Source of the DNA: a virus
Virus record (IMG/VR): IMGVR_UViG_3300045988_108212
Location: 1-64,000 of that record
Length of the DNA stretch: 64,000 nt
Reading direction: 5' to 3' (one strand)
Below the pieces are notes generated by a model. It saw nothing but the letters and a program-made list of their open reading frames with translations. It ran no database searches and had not been told where the DNA came from. A program made the translations under genes and the position numbers. Below, one piece after another: positions 37,023-45,035 of the stretch. Every line of letters starts with the position of its first letter. Within the stretch, counting starts at the first letter, position 1.

Positions 37023-37754
37023 ATGGCATTAAAATTTAAAACAAGAACGGCAAAGAGCGTGAGCTACGGAAGTAAACGTAGCACGAGTTCTATTAAGTTT
37101 ATTGTAATCCATTTCACAGGGAATGACGGAGATTCCGCTAAGAACAATGCAGATTATTTTGCCACTGGTAATACGAGAGCTGCTGGGGCACACTATTTCA
37201 TTGATGAGGGAGATATTGTATGGAAATCTGTTCCTGTTAATCGAGTAGCATGGGCAGTTGGAGGATTTGTTACAAATGCTAATGGAGGTGCAAAATTTTA
37301 TAAGATTTGTACTAATGCAAACAGTCTAAGCATTGAAATGGCTAATTCTGTAGGAAGTGTTCCTAAGGCTACATATAAAAATGCTGTTAGTCTAACTAAA
37401 AAACTTATGAAAAAATACAATATTCCTGCCAGTCATGTTCTAAGGCACAATGATGTATCGGGAAAACAGTGCCCAGAACCTTGGTGTGGAAAAAATAATA
37501 AACAGTGGGCTAAATTCAAAGCAGACATTTCTGGTTCTACAGTAGTAAAACCAAAAGCATCTTCTAAGTTTAAATCATACAAAGTAAAAGTAACTGCTTC
37601 TGCTCTTAAGGTGCGTAAATCTCCATCTACGACGGCTGCTATTGCCAAAGATGCCTATAAGAAAGGCACAACAGTTACAATCAAAGCTGTTAAGAATGGT
37701 TGGGGTAAAACTAAAGATGGTTGGATTAAACTGTCTTATACAAAGAAATGTTAA
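37023..37754 (+). CDS. endolysin: N-acetylmuramoyl-L-alanine amidase (Amidase_2/PGRP) with a C-terminal SH3-like binding domain
   Basis: IVIHFTGN, AGAHYFID, LSIEMAN and HVLRHNDVSGKQCPEPW motifs. C-terminus YKVKVTASALKVRKSPS...GWIKLSY. Confidence 0.85.
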   Translation: MALKFKTRTAKSVSYGSKRSTSSIKFIVIHFTGNDGDSAKNNADYFATGNTRAAGAHYFIDEGDIVWKSVPVNRVAWAVGGFVTNANGGAKFYKICTNANSLSIEMANSVGSVPKATYKNAVSLTKKLMKKYNIPASHVLRHNDVSGKQCPEPWCGKNNKQWAKFKADISGSTVVKPKASSKFKSYKVKVTASALKVRKSPSTTAAIAKDAYKKGTTVTIKAVKNGWGKTKDGWIKLSYTKKC

Positions 37755-37933
37755 GGGATATGAAAAGATATAAGAAACAGTTATGATTGATTTGACGATC
37801 AGTCGGTATTTTCTTTATTAGTTTTCTTTGTCAGTGATAAAGAATTGTTACTCTCTGCTGCGGAGAGGGTAAATATGAGCAGAATAAACTAGGCTCTGCC
37901 TCTATTTTTTTTATCAAAAAGTGTTGTATTTGT

Positions 37934-37961
37934 TTTGAATTTGTGTATAATGAAAGTAGGA
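37934..37961 (+). promoter_or_regulatory. candidate promoter for the repeat RNA
   Basis: TTGTAT (37934..37939), a 16-nt spacer, then TATAAT (37956..37961). Confidence 0.5.
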
Positions 37962-38029
37962 ATAGTAATATTCTCGATGAAAGAGCATCGTTAAAAGTTG
38001 TGCTGCAAGTGGAGCAGGGTAATTTTCCA

Positions 38030-38144
38030 CAACGAAAAGATATTTTAACTGGATATCACGTCTTGCGACTAGGAGTAAAGTCGTAGTCCATGCAGGGGAC
38101 TTAAGGATTTCTGCAACGAAAAGATATTTTAACTGGATATCACG
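38030..38144 (+). repeat. two perfect 31-nt direct repeats (84-nt period), each preceded by a small hairpin
   Basis: CAACGAAAAGATATTTTAACTGGATATCACG occurs at 38030..38060 and 38114..38144. Confidence 0.9.
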
Positions 38145-38183
38145 GCTGACAACCAGCAGAAAACTCTAATAAAGAATTATCGA

Positions 38184-38212
38184 AGAGTGTGGCTTCTGTC
38201 CCACTCTTTTTT
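38184..38212 (+). terminator. rho-independent terminator between the repeat RNA and the downstream ORF
   Basis: AGAGTGTGG pairs with CCCACTCT (one bulge), followed by TTTTTT. It ends 16 nt before the ATG at 38228. Confidence 0.65.
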
Positions 38213-38227
38213 ACGTATGAGGTAAAT

Positions 38228-38854
38228 ATGGCATCAAAAACACAAAAGAAAAATAAAATACGACAAGATATTATAGAGGCAGCGTCCATGTATGAACAAT
38301 ACCTAGCTGGCCAAGCATTTTTATATGTATATGGAAATGAATATTTTGAAGTGATGTTCCCAGTCAATAGATTTTTGCATCTTGCTGGCGTAGAAACTAG
38401 ATTGTTTGCAAAAAAATTTTATAAAAATGCCAGAGAAAAAACATTAACTACACAACAGTTTTATTTCTCTCCAAGACATCCTTTTGAAGTCTCTAAAAAG
38501 AAACTATCATGTCTCAAAAGATTATATGAATTAACAAACACGAAGGTTCGTATTCTTAGGAATATGGAAACAGCCAGTGTTGTTTATAAAGTTGGCATAT
38601 CGAACTTAGAGTTTACTTTGTGCTTAACAGAGAACAGAGATTCTAATGGAGAAAAAATTAATGAATACTTCTTGCCAATGTCGTTACGAGCAGGAAGAAA
38701 TTCAACGAAAAATGGTGATGATTATGGAGAAGTTGACTTCATTTTTCAAAAAGACGCAAGTCTTGGAAAGTATACAACTCTTCTGGTAAAGAATGAAAAC
38801 AAAGAGATTCCAGAATGTGTTCATCATTTGTTGCAAGGGAATTTATTACAATAA
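38228..38854 (+). CDS. hypothetical 208-aa protein; candidate toxin partner of the upstream repeat RNA
   Basis: ATG follows GAGGTAAAT. The track start at 38189 lies inside the terminator. There is no confident family assignment. The FLHLAGV motif is faintly reminiscent of barnase/EndoU/RelE-like phage nuclease domains. Confidence 0.6.
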   Translation: MASKTQKKNKIRQDIIEAASMYEQYLAGQAFLYVYGNEYFEVMFPVNRFLHLAGVETRLFAKKFYKNAREKTLTTQQFYFSPRHPFEVSKKKLSCLKRLYELTNTKVRILRNMETASVVYKVGISNLEFTLCLTENRDSNGEKINEYFLPMSLRAGRNSTKNGDDYGEVDFIFQKDASLGKYTTLLVKNENKEIPECVHHLLQGNLLQ

Positions 38855-38867
38855 GAATAAAAAATTA

Positions 38868-38906
38868 AGGGTACATCAGATTAATTTCTGGTGTACCCTA
38901 TTTTTT
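38868..38906. terminator. bidirectional terminator
   Basis: AGGGTACATCAGA pairs with TCTGGTGTACCCT. It is flanked by an A-run and a T-run, between convergent genes. Confidence 0.7.
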
Positions 38907-39147
38907 ACGATTTTTCTACTCTACACATATCATCTATTTCATGCTCAGACAAGTATAAAGGCATCCCACATTTATCATCGAAGAATGAAATGGTGTATTC
39001 TGTAGAATCAATTCTAGCTCCATATAAGACTGTTTTCACAGGCGTCTGAGAGTCAATTTCTGTGAGCTGTACTGTGTCACCTATATGGAATAATCCGCAC
39101 TCTGTATTGAGTGTCTGAGTGCTTTCGTTGTATTCGTATATTCTCAT
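38905..39147 (-). CDS. hypothetical protein
   Basis: 80-aa ORF. AAGGAGGTG lies upstream of the ATG. Confidence 0.55.
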   Translation of the reverse strand: MRIYEYNESTQTLNTECGLFHIGDTVQLTEIDSQTPVKTVLYGARIDSTEYTISFFDDKCGMPLYLSEHEIDDMCRVEKS

Positions 39148-39158
39148 TATGCACCTCC

Positions 39159-39491
39159 TTACCTATTTAAGTAACTCTGTGATCGTAATAAGTCTGCATA
39201 TTCTCCGCAGAGATACCATGTTCCAGATGATGGAATGTATTTTAGTATCTTTGTCTTTGTAGAGATGTTAAATCGTTCTAACACTTCTATTCTGCTTTTG
39301 TAATATTCTACTTCACGTTCTTGCCTTGCTGAGTTGGTTTCTTTTCTAGTACCCTGTAGTAGTAATTCTCTGACGTGGAATTTTTGAAGCTTACCATAAG
39401 AATCTAACATAGACATCCAAATGTCTGGTGGTGTGTCTCCTGAAATGTTGATCTGTTTGGTAGCTTTTGGAATGTTTGTTGTATTGTACAT
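39159..39491 (-). CDS. hypothetical protein (first gene of a leftward lysogeny-region transcript)
   Basis: 110-aa ORF. AAGAGGTGAAATAAA precedes the ATG, with a promoter and palindrome just upstream. Confidence 0.55.
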   Translation of the reverse strand: MYNTTNIPKATKQINISGDTPPDIWMSMLDSYGKLQKFHVRELLLQGTRKETNSARQEREVEYYKSRIEVLERFNISTKTKILKYIPSSGTWYLCGEYADLLRSQSYLNR

Positions 39492-39510
39492 TTTATTTCA
39501 CCTCTTGGAT

Positions 39511-39540
39511 ATTATAACACGAACGTGTGTTTGGTGTAAA
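39511..39540 (-). promoter_or_regulatory. promoter with a palindromic operator in the spacer
   Basis: Minus-strand TTTACA (39540..39535), an 18-nt spacer, then TATAAT (39516..39511). The palindrome ACACG-AA-CGTGT lies at 39517..39528. Confidence 0.5.
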
Positions 39541-39654
39541 GAGAGTTTTGATTTATGAGTATGCGAAAATATTCCTTGGATGTTGTGTTGCAAGAATACT
39601 TTAGTATAACCATAATTTTGTACTATAATTCAGATCCTTTTCCAAGTTATAAAG

Positions 39655-39980
39655 TTGACTCCAAAGTTGATCCCTTTGAAAATTTTTGACTCCTTTTTGA
39701 CTCCTTTTACGCATTAAAATACATCAAAATACATTAAAATATATGAAATCAAATGTTAAACAAAACTGCTCGGAGGGAAGCTGTACTTCCCGTATTTCCT
39801 AGCAATTTCAAGCTTTTTACTGTATTTTTGACTCCTCTAAGGTTATCTTCTAGTTATAGGATATCCCTATAACCACGGAGATTATATATCATTTTTCAAT
39901 GTCTTAAATTGCTTGATTTTACTAGGTTTCCGATACATCTTTTGACTCCTTTGAAATGCACTTGACTCCTTTTTGACTCC
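39655..39980 (+). repeat. seven same-orientation TTGACTCC repeats; candidate integrase arm-type sites / attP region
   Basis: Copies lie at 39655, 39686, 39697, 39828, 39942, 39962 and 39973, mostly as TTTTGACTCCTTT. The region is ORF-free and abuts the int 3' end. Confidence 0.55.
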
Positions 39981-39987
39981 TTTTTTA

Positions 39988-41208
39988 TCAATTCATGTCT
40001 AACAATATTTGCTCTTTAGTTATGTGTTGTTTTGGATATGCTGCGTTTAATTTATCGTTTTGTGATTCAATATGATCTTGTAATAAATGAACATAAATCT
40101 TTTCGGTAATCGTTACATTTGCATGTCCAAGATATTTTGAAATGACTACCATTGGAATTCCTGCCTCAAAACATCTTGTCGCAAAAGTATGTCTTAACCG
40201 ATGAACGGATACTGGCAAAAGATAATCTTTTTCATCCAATTGAAAATTAATTTGTTCCCTTGCACTTGCTAATACAGAATTTAGTGTTTGATTCGGCATT
40301 GGAGTATTGTATGGTGTGGTAAATAACAAATTTTTAAACTCAGATGATACATGACGATCTGCATATATAGATTTCTCTACACGTTGTTTTAATACGATTT
40401 GCTGTTGGAAAGCCTCGTATGCGACATCATTTAGTGGAATTTCTCTCACACTTGAAGGAGTTTTTGTATCGCCAATATAATATTGATATTTGCCATCAAT
40501 TTTATTTTTCTTTAAGGACTTTGTAATATGCACCGTCCTAGATTTCATATCAAAATCATTTATTGTAAGTGCGCCAACCTCTCCGTATCTTAACCCAGTT
40601 GTTAAAAGAAAAACATATAAATTATAATAGAAATGTCCATTCAAATAGTTAAATAACATTTGCTGTTGTTTAATAGTTAATGCCAGTACTTCATCTGAGA
40701 AAAGCTCTTTCTTTTTCTTTTTAACTTTGATCATTGTTACTGGGTTATAAGGAATACAATGTGCTTCTCTACTTTTTTCTAAGGTTTGAGAAATTATATT
40801 TTTTGCATTATCAATAGTTTTATCACTATATTTTTTCTTCAAAGTTTGAAAAAATGAATCTAATGTAAATTCGGTTATATCTACAACTCTAATATTTTTC
40901 AGACTTGGTGCGATGCAATTGTCATAAATCCATTCATATTGTTCCTGAGTATTTGGTGCCAAGTCAACAAATGCTATGCTTTTCCAACGAAAATACCAAA
41001 CTTCAAAAGTGTCAGTGCAATGTTTTGCATTTACTTTTAGATCGTCTTTTGCTCTTTCTTCTTTCAACCATTCCTTTACTTCTTTTAAACTTTTACTTTT
41101 TGTTTCGATGCGTTCTCCAAAACGATTCGTAAACCTTGCTTGATAACGTCCGTCCTTCCGCTGAGACAGGTACGTTCCAAGTTCTCTTCCTTTTAAATCT
41201 TTTCCCAT
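39988..41208 (-). CDS. int: tyrosine integrase
   Basis: ATG at 41208 follows AAGGAAGG. The N-terminal arm-binding motif is GTYLSQRKDGRYQARF. Catalytic residues: TGLRYGE (R), HRLRHTFAT (HxxR), LGHANV, and Y in IYVHL. Confidence 0.9.
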   Translation of the reverse strand: MGKDLKGRELGTYLSQRKDGRYQARFTNRFGERIETKSKSLKEVKEWLKEERAKDDLKVNAKHCTDTFEVWYFRWKSIAFVDLAPNTQEQYEWIYDNCIAPSLKNIRVVDITEFTLDSFFQTLKKKYSDKTIDNAKNIISQTLEKSREAHCIPYNPVTMIKVKKKKKELFSDEVLALTIKQQQMLFNYLNGHFYYNLYVFLLTTGLRYGEVGALTINDFDMKSRTVHITKSLKKNKIDGKYQYYIGDTKTPSSVREIPLNDVAYEAFQQQIVLKQRVEKSIYADRHVSSEFKNLLFTTPYNTPMPNQTLNSVLASAREQINFQLDEKDYLLPVSVHRLRHTFATRCFEAGIPMVVISKYLGHANVTITEKIYVHLLQDHIESQNDKLNAAYPKQHITKEQILLDMN

Positions 41209-41293
41209 GATTATACGTCCTTCCTTTTGTGTATTCATTGGAAAAGAATCTAAATTAAATTATAGTACAATTACAATATATCACATTTAGATT

Positions 41294-41509
41294 CTAATTC
41301 CTATCAATTACATAAGTATCTTCTAAATATTTTTCAAAAGCTTTTCGTTTAATAAGTCTTTTCTTGGTTCCTACATATAATTTAAATTCACAGTCTGGAT
41401 CATCTAGCATCTGATAAATTGTATTAATACCGATACTGCTATATGCCGATGCTTCTTCTGGAGTTATTGTAACTTTCTCCCATATTGGTACTATATATTT
41501 GTTTATAAT
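41294..41509 (-). CDS. xis: excisionase (Tn916-Xis-like HTH); not in the ORF track because it lacks an ATG/GTG/TTG start
   Basis: Translation reads IINKYIVPIWEKVTITPEEASAYSSIGINTIYQML..GTKKRLIKRKAFEKYL. This parallels Tn916 Xis ([21 protein letters not shown]...IKRKQFEK). AAGGAGG precedes an ATT (41509) or ATA (41506) start. Confidence 0.7.
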   Translation of the reverse strand: MINKYIVPIWEKVTITPEEASAYSSIGINTIYQMLDDPDCEFKLYVGTKKRLIKRKAFEKYLEDTYVIDRN

Positions 41510-41591
41510 ATATTCCTCCTTGCAATAAGAGAGAGAATCTAATAATAGAAACTCTCTCCGTATATTATTTATCCATCATCAAATAAGGATT

Positions 41592-42353
41592 TTAAGATAT
41601 TTTCTTGAATCCTTGAATATGTTCTACAAGGTCTTTAAAATATGGTACATTGTCTAACATCCACTGGCAGAAGATTCTCCAATCCTTTACTGGATGTGTC
41701 TTTCGTGAAAAATACATATTTAAAAGCACTTCGTAAGTAAGAGAAAGATTTGCTGTGATATTATATCCCATAGGTAGCATTTCAAGAATTGCATTCCAAA
41801 TATTTTTATCCTTCGTTGCATTGTACTCATCTTTAAGTTCATTTAGTAACTGAATAGTATTTTCTGTATGTTGTTTAACTTTGTAGCCAAGCATATTTTC
41901 AACGTCTGAAATATTACTTTCATCATGGCTTGATAATGAGAATTTCTCAATTACAACATCAATACCTTCATGAGAAAAACTATCTAAGTCAAATTCTTTT
42001 TTATGAATTGTATGCATTTTAGAACAACTACATCTTGTTGTCCCAACTTTATATGTATCTGCTTGTGCCCACCATGTATGATGAGATGTAATTCGTAATC
42101 CAACTGGCAGTGACCGTAAGGCTTTTCTGTGATCCTTTCCTGCTCTTGCAAGTCTTTTAAATAAACCTAAATCCTTCTCTCCAATACAAAAACATGGATG
42201 CCAGATTTCTACGTTTCTTTCTTTATCATATTCTGTTGTGTGTCCAATGTGGCTATCGCTTAAGTGCCAACTATCATATGCGTTTCTAGCTCCTTCAATA
42301 GCAAACATCCACTGCTCTGGACTTGGGAATACTGGGTGTTCAATCTTAATCAT
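41592..42353 (-). CDS. hypothetical protein, possibly a divergent ThyX-fold enzyme lacking the RHR motif
   Basis: GKDHRKALRSLPVGLRITSHHTWWAQADTYKVGTTRCSCSKMH loosely parallels ThyX GHE..FEH..F.F.....F..RQW.RHR..S...S.RY. The resemblance is weak and from memory only. Confidence 0.3.
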   Translation of the reverse strand: MIKIEHPVFPSPEQWMFAIEGARNAYDSWHLSDSHIGHTTEYDKERNVEIWHPCFCIGEKDLGLFKRLARAGKDHRKALRSLPVGLRITSHHTWWAQADTYKVGTTRCSCSKMHTIHKKEFDLDSFSHEGIDVVIEKFSLSSHDESNISDVENMLGYKVKQHTENTIQLLNELKDEYNATKDKNIWNAILEMLPMGYNITANLSLTYEVLLNMYFSRKTHPVKDWRIFCQWMLDNVPYFKDLVEHIQGFKKIS

Positions 42354-42365
42354 ATATAAATCCTC

Positions 42366-42773
42366 CTATTTTAAATATGAAGAGAATACTAATTTCTCTT
42401 TATCTTTATCATCAACTGTTACATATCCGTGTACATTAGGCGGATGCCCTGACCAACTGATGTAGATTTTATAGTAATATCTCGTACAATCAACATATTT
42501 ACGTGTCACAATACAGACATATCCTTTATTCATGAAGTCTTCTAATACTGCAATACAAGAATCAAGTGACTTGTCAGTATCGCAAGACATTGATTGTGTC
42601 TTACGGTATGTTTCTGTTCTACCATTCATCTGTGCAGTTTCCCATATATCATTTACTAAGTCGTCATATAAGTCATCAAATATTTTACTTAATTGTGCAT
42701 TAGACTGCTGCTGTGAATACTCTTTCATATCCACAGCATTGATTAATCCTTTTGTTTGTGCAAAATAATTCAT
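42366..42773 (-). CDS. hypothetical protein
   Basis: 135-aa ORF abutting the dut stop. Confidence 0.55.
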   Translation of the reverse strand: MNYFAQTKGLINAVDMKEYSQQQSNAQLSKIFDDLYDDLVNDIWETAQMNGRTETYRKTQSMSCDTDKSLDSCIAVLEDFMNKGYVCIVTRKYVDCTRYYYKIYISWSGHPPNVHGYVTVDDKDKEKLVFSSYLK

Positions 42774-43295
42774 TTATTTACCTGTACTTCCAATTCCGCC
42801 AGTTCTTTCCTCAGTAACTTCTTCTCTATCAGCAACCCCATAGAGAGTAAATACACCTTGACAAAACGCTTCTCCTTTTTTAATTTTTAATGTATTTGGA
42901 CTACAATTCTTAATTTTTACAAAGATATGACCTTCGTTATCTGCAAAATAATAATCTTCATCAATAACGCCCGTTCCATTGCCAATCCATGCATCAGCTT
43001 TAATGCCAAGGCTACTTCTAATAAAAATAAACAATGTCCATCCTCTGAGGATCTTACATCTCATTCCTGTTGGAATAATGATTGCATCTCCTGATCTTAC
43101 AACAAAATCCGCTGGTGCAATAAAGTCATGTCCTGCTGATCCCTTTGTTGCTCTGGCAGGATATTTTAAACTACCATAAATTGATTCTTCTGGATATTTG
43201 TGAAATTTCTCTTCCCAGTCCTGTATGAACTGGTCAAACGATACTTTCTCAAACTCTGCAACTTTCATTAATCCGCTTTCTGTTAATAATCCCAT
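42774..43295 (-). CDS. dut: trimeric dUTP diphosphatase
   Basis: ARATKGSAGHDF, GVIDEDYY and ERTGGIGSTGK motifs. ATG at 43295 follows AAAGGAAATACATAT; the track start at 43343 is less likely. Confidence 0.85.
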   Translation of the reverse strand: MGLLTESGLMKVAEFEKVSFDQFIQDWEEKFHKYPEESIYGSLKYPARATKGSAGHDFIAPADFVVRSGDAIIIPTGMRCKILRGWTLFIFIRSSLGIKADAWIGNGTGVIDEDYYFADNEGHIFVKIKNCSPNTLKIKKGEAFCQGVFTLYGVADREEVTEERTGGIGSTGK

Positions 43296-43367
43296 ATATG
43301 TATTTCCTTTCCATTTTCTTTGTGCAATTTTCACAAAATTCAATATTTCGTTATCATGTTATGTAAA

Positions 43368-43775
43368 CTATCGTTTACAAAGCATCAGAGGTAATCCGAC
43401 TTCGTTATAATAAGAATCCTCAAAAGTCATTTCTGGTTCGTCTTTGTACTGTTCTTTTAATTTTTCAACCAACAGATCTTTCTGTTTTTTCACTTCATCT
43501 TCAGTGCCATGCACAATTAAAGTTACATTGCCGTCATATACACCGTCATTAAATGTTTCAACTTCAATCATGTATAACTGACGATCTGTGTTAAGACTTG
43601 ACTTTTTAGCTGCCAGATATAGATAATCTTTTGGCAATTTATATTTCTTGAGTAGCTTGTCCACATCTTTAATGAAATCAAGTTTGTGTTTTTCTTCTTT
43701 AATCTGCTTCTGTAAACTTGCGTTTCCTACGTTTCTTTTATCGTTTTCAGTCATCATTACATTATTTGTACTCAT
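43368..43775 (-). CDS. hypothetical protein
   Basis: 135-aa ORF. Its start overlaps the upstream stop. Confidence 0.55.
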   Translation of the reverse strand: MSTNNVMMTENDKRNVGNASLQKQIKEEKHKLDFIKDVDKLLKKYKLPKDYLYLAAKKSSLNTDRQLYMIEVETFNDGVYDGNVTLIVHGTEDEVKKQKDLLVEKLKEQYKDEPEMTFEDSYYNEVGLPLMLCKR

Positions 43776-44404
43776 AGTAAATTCTCCTTGCGTAGTTCAT
43801 TTTCTGTGTATCGGCAATATTCATCCCATAATCCTTTAGCATAAATATAATTTTTGCCTTTCAATCCCATCTTCTTCTGTTCTGCTTTCAAGTCTTGGAA
43901 TGTAAACTTGCGTGAGCATATCTTTTCTTTTAAGAATCTAGTTGCAATCTGCCCTACCTTATACATGTCCTCACGCTTCAAATTTGCAGTTAATTTCTTG
44001 TAGGTACTCAATTCATCATCTGGAATTTTGTAAGGTGTTTTTGGCAAGTTTTTCGGTGAAAAAGGTGAGATATATTTGTAAGTTCCATCATCACGGATTC
44101 TACTCTTCTGTGCCTTCAGTAACTCGGCAACAGTATCCAGATGTTTCACATCAAATCTAAACAACACTTCTTTATCAGTTTCTTCTATATAATAAGGAAT
44201 ATCTTTGTTTATCTCTCGAATCGCCTTTATAATGTTATGTCCTCTAATTAGTGAAGGGATATAAGCTACAAGGGTATATTCACCTCTATGCTTGCCTTTT
44301 CCGTAGTAATATATCTGATTACCAAATGAGCATTTTATGTACAAATCATCAAAGCTAGGATCTATTAATCCTGCATCAGTTCTAGGAAAATCATTAGTAT
44401 CCAT
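43772..44404 (-). CDS. hypothetical protein (the 5' end may extend to about 44473)
   Basis: 210-aa ORF. There is no SD before ATG 44404. The frame is open upstream to a TGA preceded by AAGGAG. Confidence 0.5.
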   Translation of the reverse strand: MDTNDFPRTDAGLIDPSFDDLYIKCSFGNQIYYYGKGKHRGEYTLVAYIPSLIRGHNIIKAIREINKDIPYYIEETDKEVLFRFDVKHLDTVAELLKAQKSRIRDDGTYKYISPFSPKNLPKTPYKIPDDELSTYKKLTANLKREDMYKVGQIATRFLKEKICSRKFTFQDLKAEQKKMGLKGKNYIYAKGLWDEYCRYTENELRKENLL

Positions 44405-44480
44405 GTTATGTGCTGCTACAACACGATACTTTCCAAAATATTCTTTACGCTGTAAGAAATTAGCCGTAGTAATTCACTCC

Positions 44481-44639
44481 TTATTTAGTTGATTTTGATT
44501 TAGTTGTCTTAGGTGTAATACCTGTTGGCGGTGCATCATTTGTATTTTTGTATACATCACGCACCATCTTCTGAATTGTTCGCAGACTCAAGCCATATGA
44601 GAGCTGTAACTCAATAACCGCTTTGGAAAGTTCTTCCAT
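44481..44639 (-). CDS. small 52-aa protein (below the track threshold)
   Basis: [32 protein letters not shown]... Its ATG overlaps the upstream TAA (TAATG). Confidence 0.4.
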   Translation of the reverse strand: MEELSKAVIELQLSYGLSLRTIQKMVRDVYKNTNDAPPTGITPKTTKSKSTK

Positions 44640-44905
44640 TACTCTTCGTCCTCCTCGCCTGTAATAACGTCATCATTATCTTCATCAGACTTATCGTCTA
44701 ATTCATCGATCTCATCATCAATTTCTTCTCGTTCATGTTCGAGAAATTCAATCTTTTCTTCATTGTCATCAATCAATTCCTGGAGTCTAGCAATATCAAG
44801 TTTGCGAATAAGGAATCCGCCTGCTACCATAGCACCAAGAAATGTGCCAATGGCAACAGTTCCAAAATTGCAAAGCATAAACTGCCATAAGTGTAATTTA
44901 ATCAT
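44639..44905 (-). CDS. small membrane protein with an acidic C-terminal tail
   Basis: ATG at 44905 follows GAGGAGGATACAG. One TM segment is followed by a D/E-rich tail. Confidence 0.55.
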   Translation of the reverse strand: MIKLHLWQFMLCNFGTVAIGTFLGAMVAGGFLIRKLDIARLQELIDDNEEKIEFLEHEREEIDDEIDELDDKSDEDNDDVITGEEDEE

Positions 44906-45035
44906 CTGTATCCTCCTCGTCATCTGGATAATTTTGTAGTTCAAACTCTTCCTCTAACTCAAACTGCTCAGAATCGTAATAGCAAGGGTCGTTTAACTGA
45001 GCGTCTGGGTTAGGTGGGTTATACTTAGGATTCAT
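44898..45035 (-). CDS. small acidic 45-aa protein (below the track threshold)
   Basis: [31 protein letters not shown]... Both its start and its stop overlap neighbouring genes. Confidence 0.35.
   Translation of the reverse strand: MNPKYNPPNPDAQLNDPCYYDSEQFELEEEFELQNYPDDEEDTDD

Noticed and set aside
38030-38144. Mini-CRISPR array reading of the two 31-nt repeats
   Set aside because: There are only two copies. The 84-nt period (spacer about 47-53 nt) is well outside usual CRISPR spacing. No cas gene is adjacent. The repeats sit between a promoter and a terminator directly upstream of an ORF, which fits a type III TA-like layout better.
43772-44473. 5' extension of 43772..44404 from an ATT start at 44473
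   Set aside because: The SD-to-ATT spacing is only 3 nt, and the next candidates (ACT, ACG) are very poor starts. The canonical ATG was kept and the uncertainty noted.
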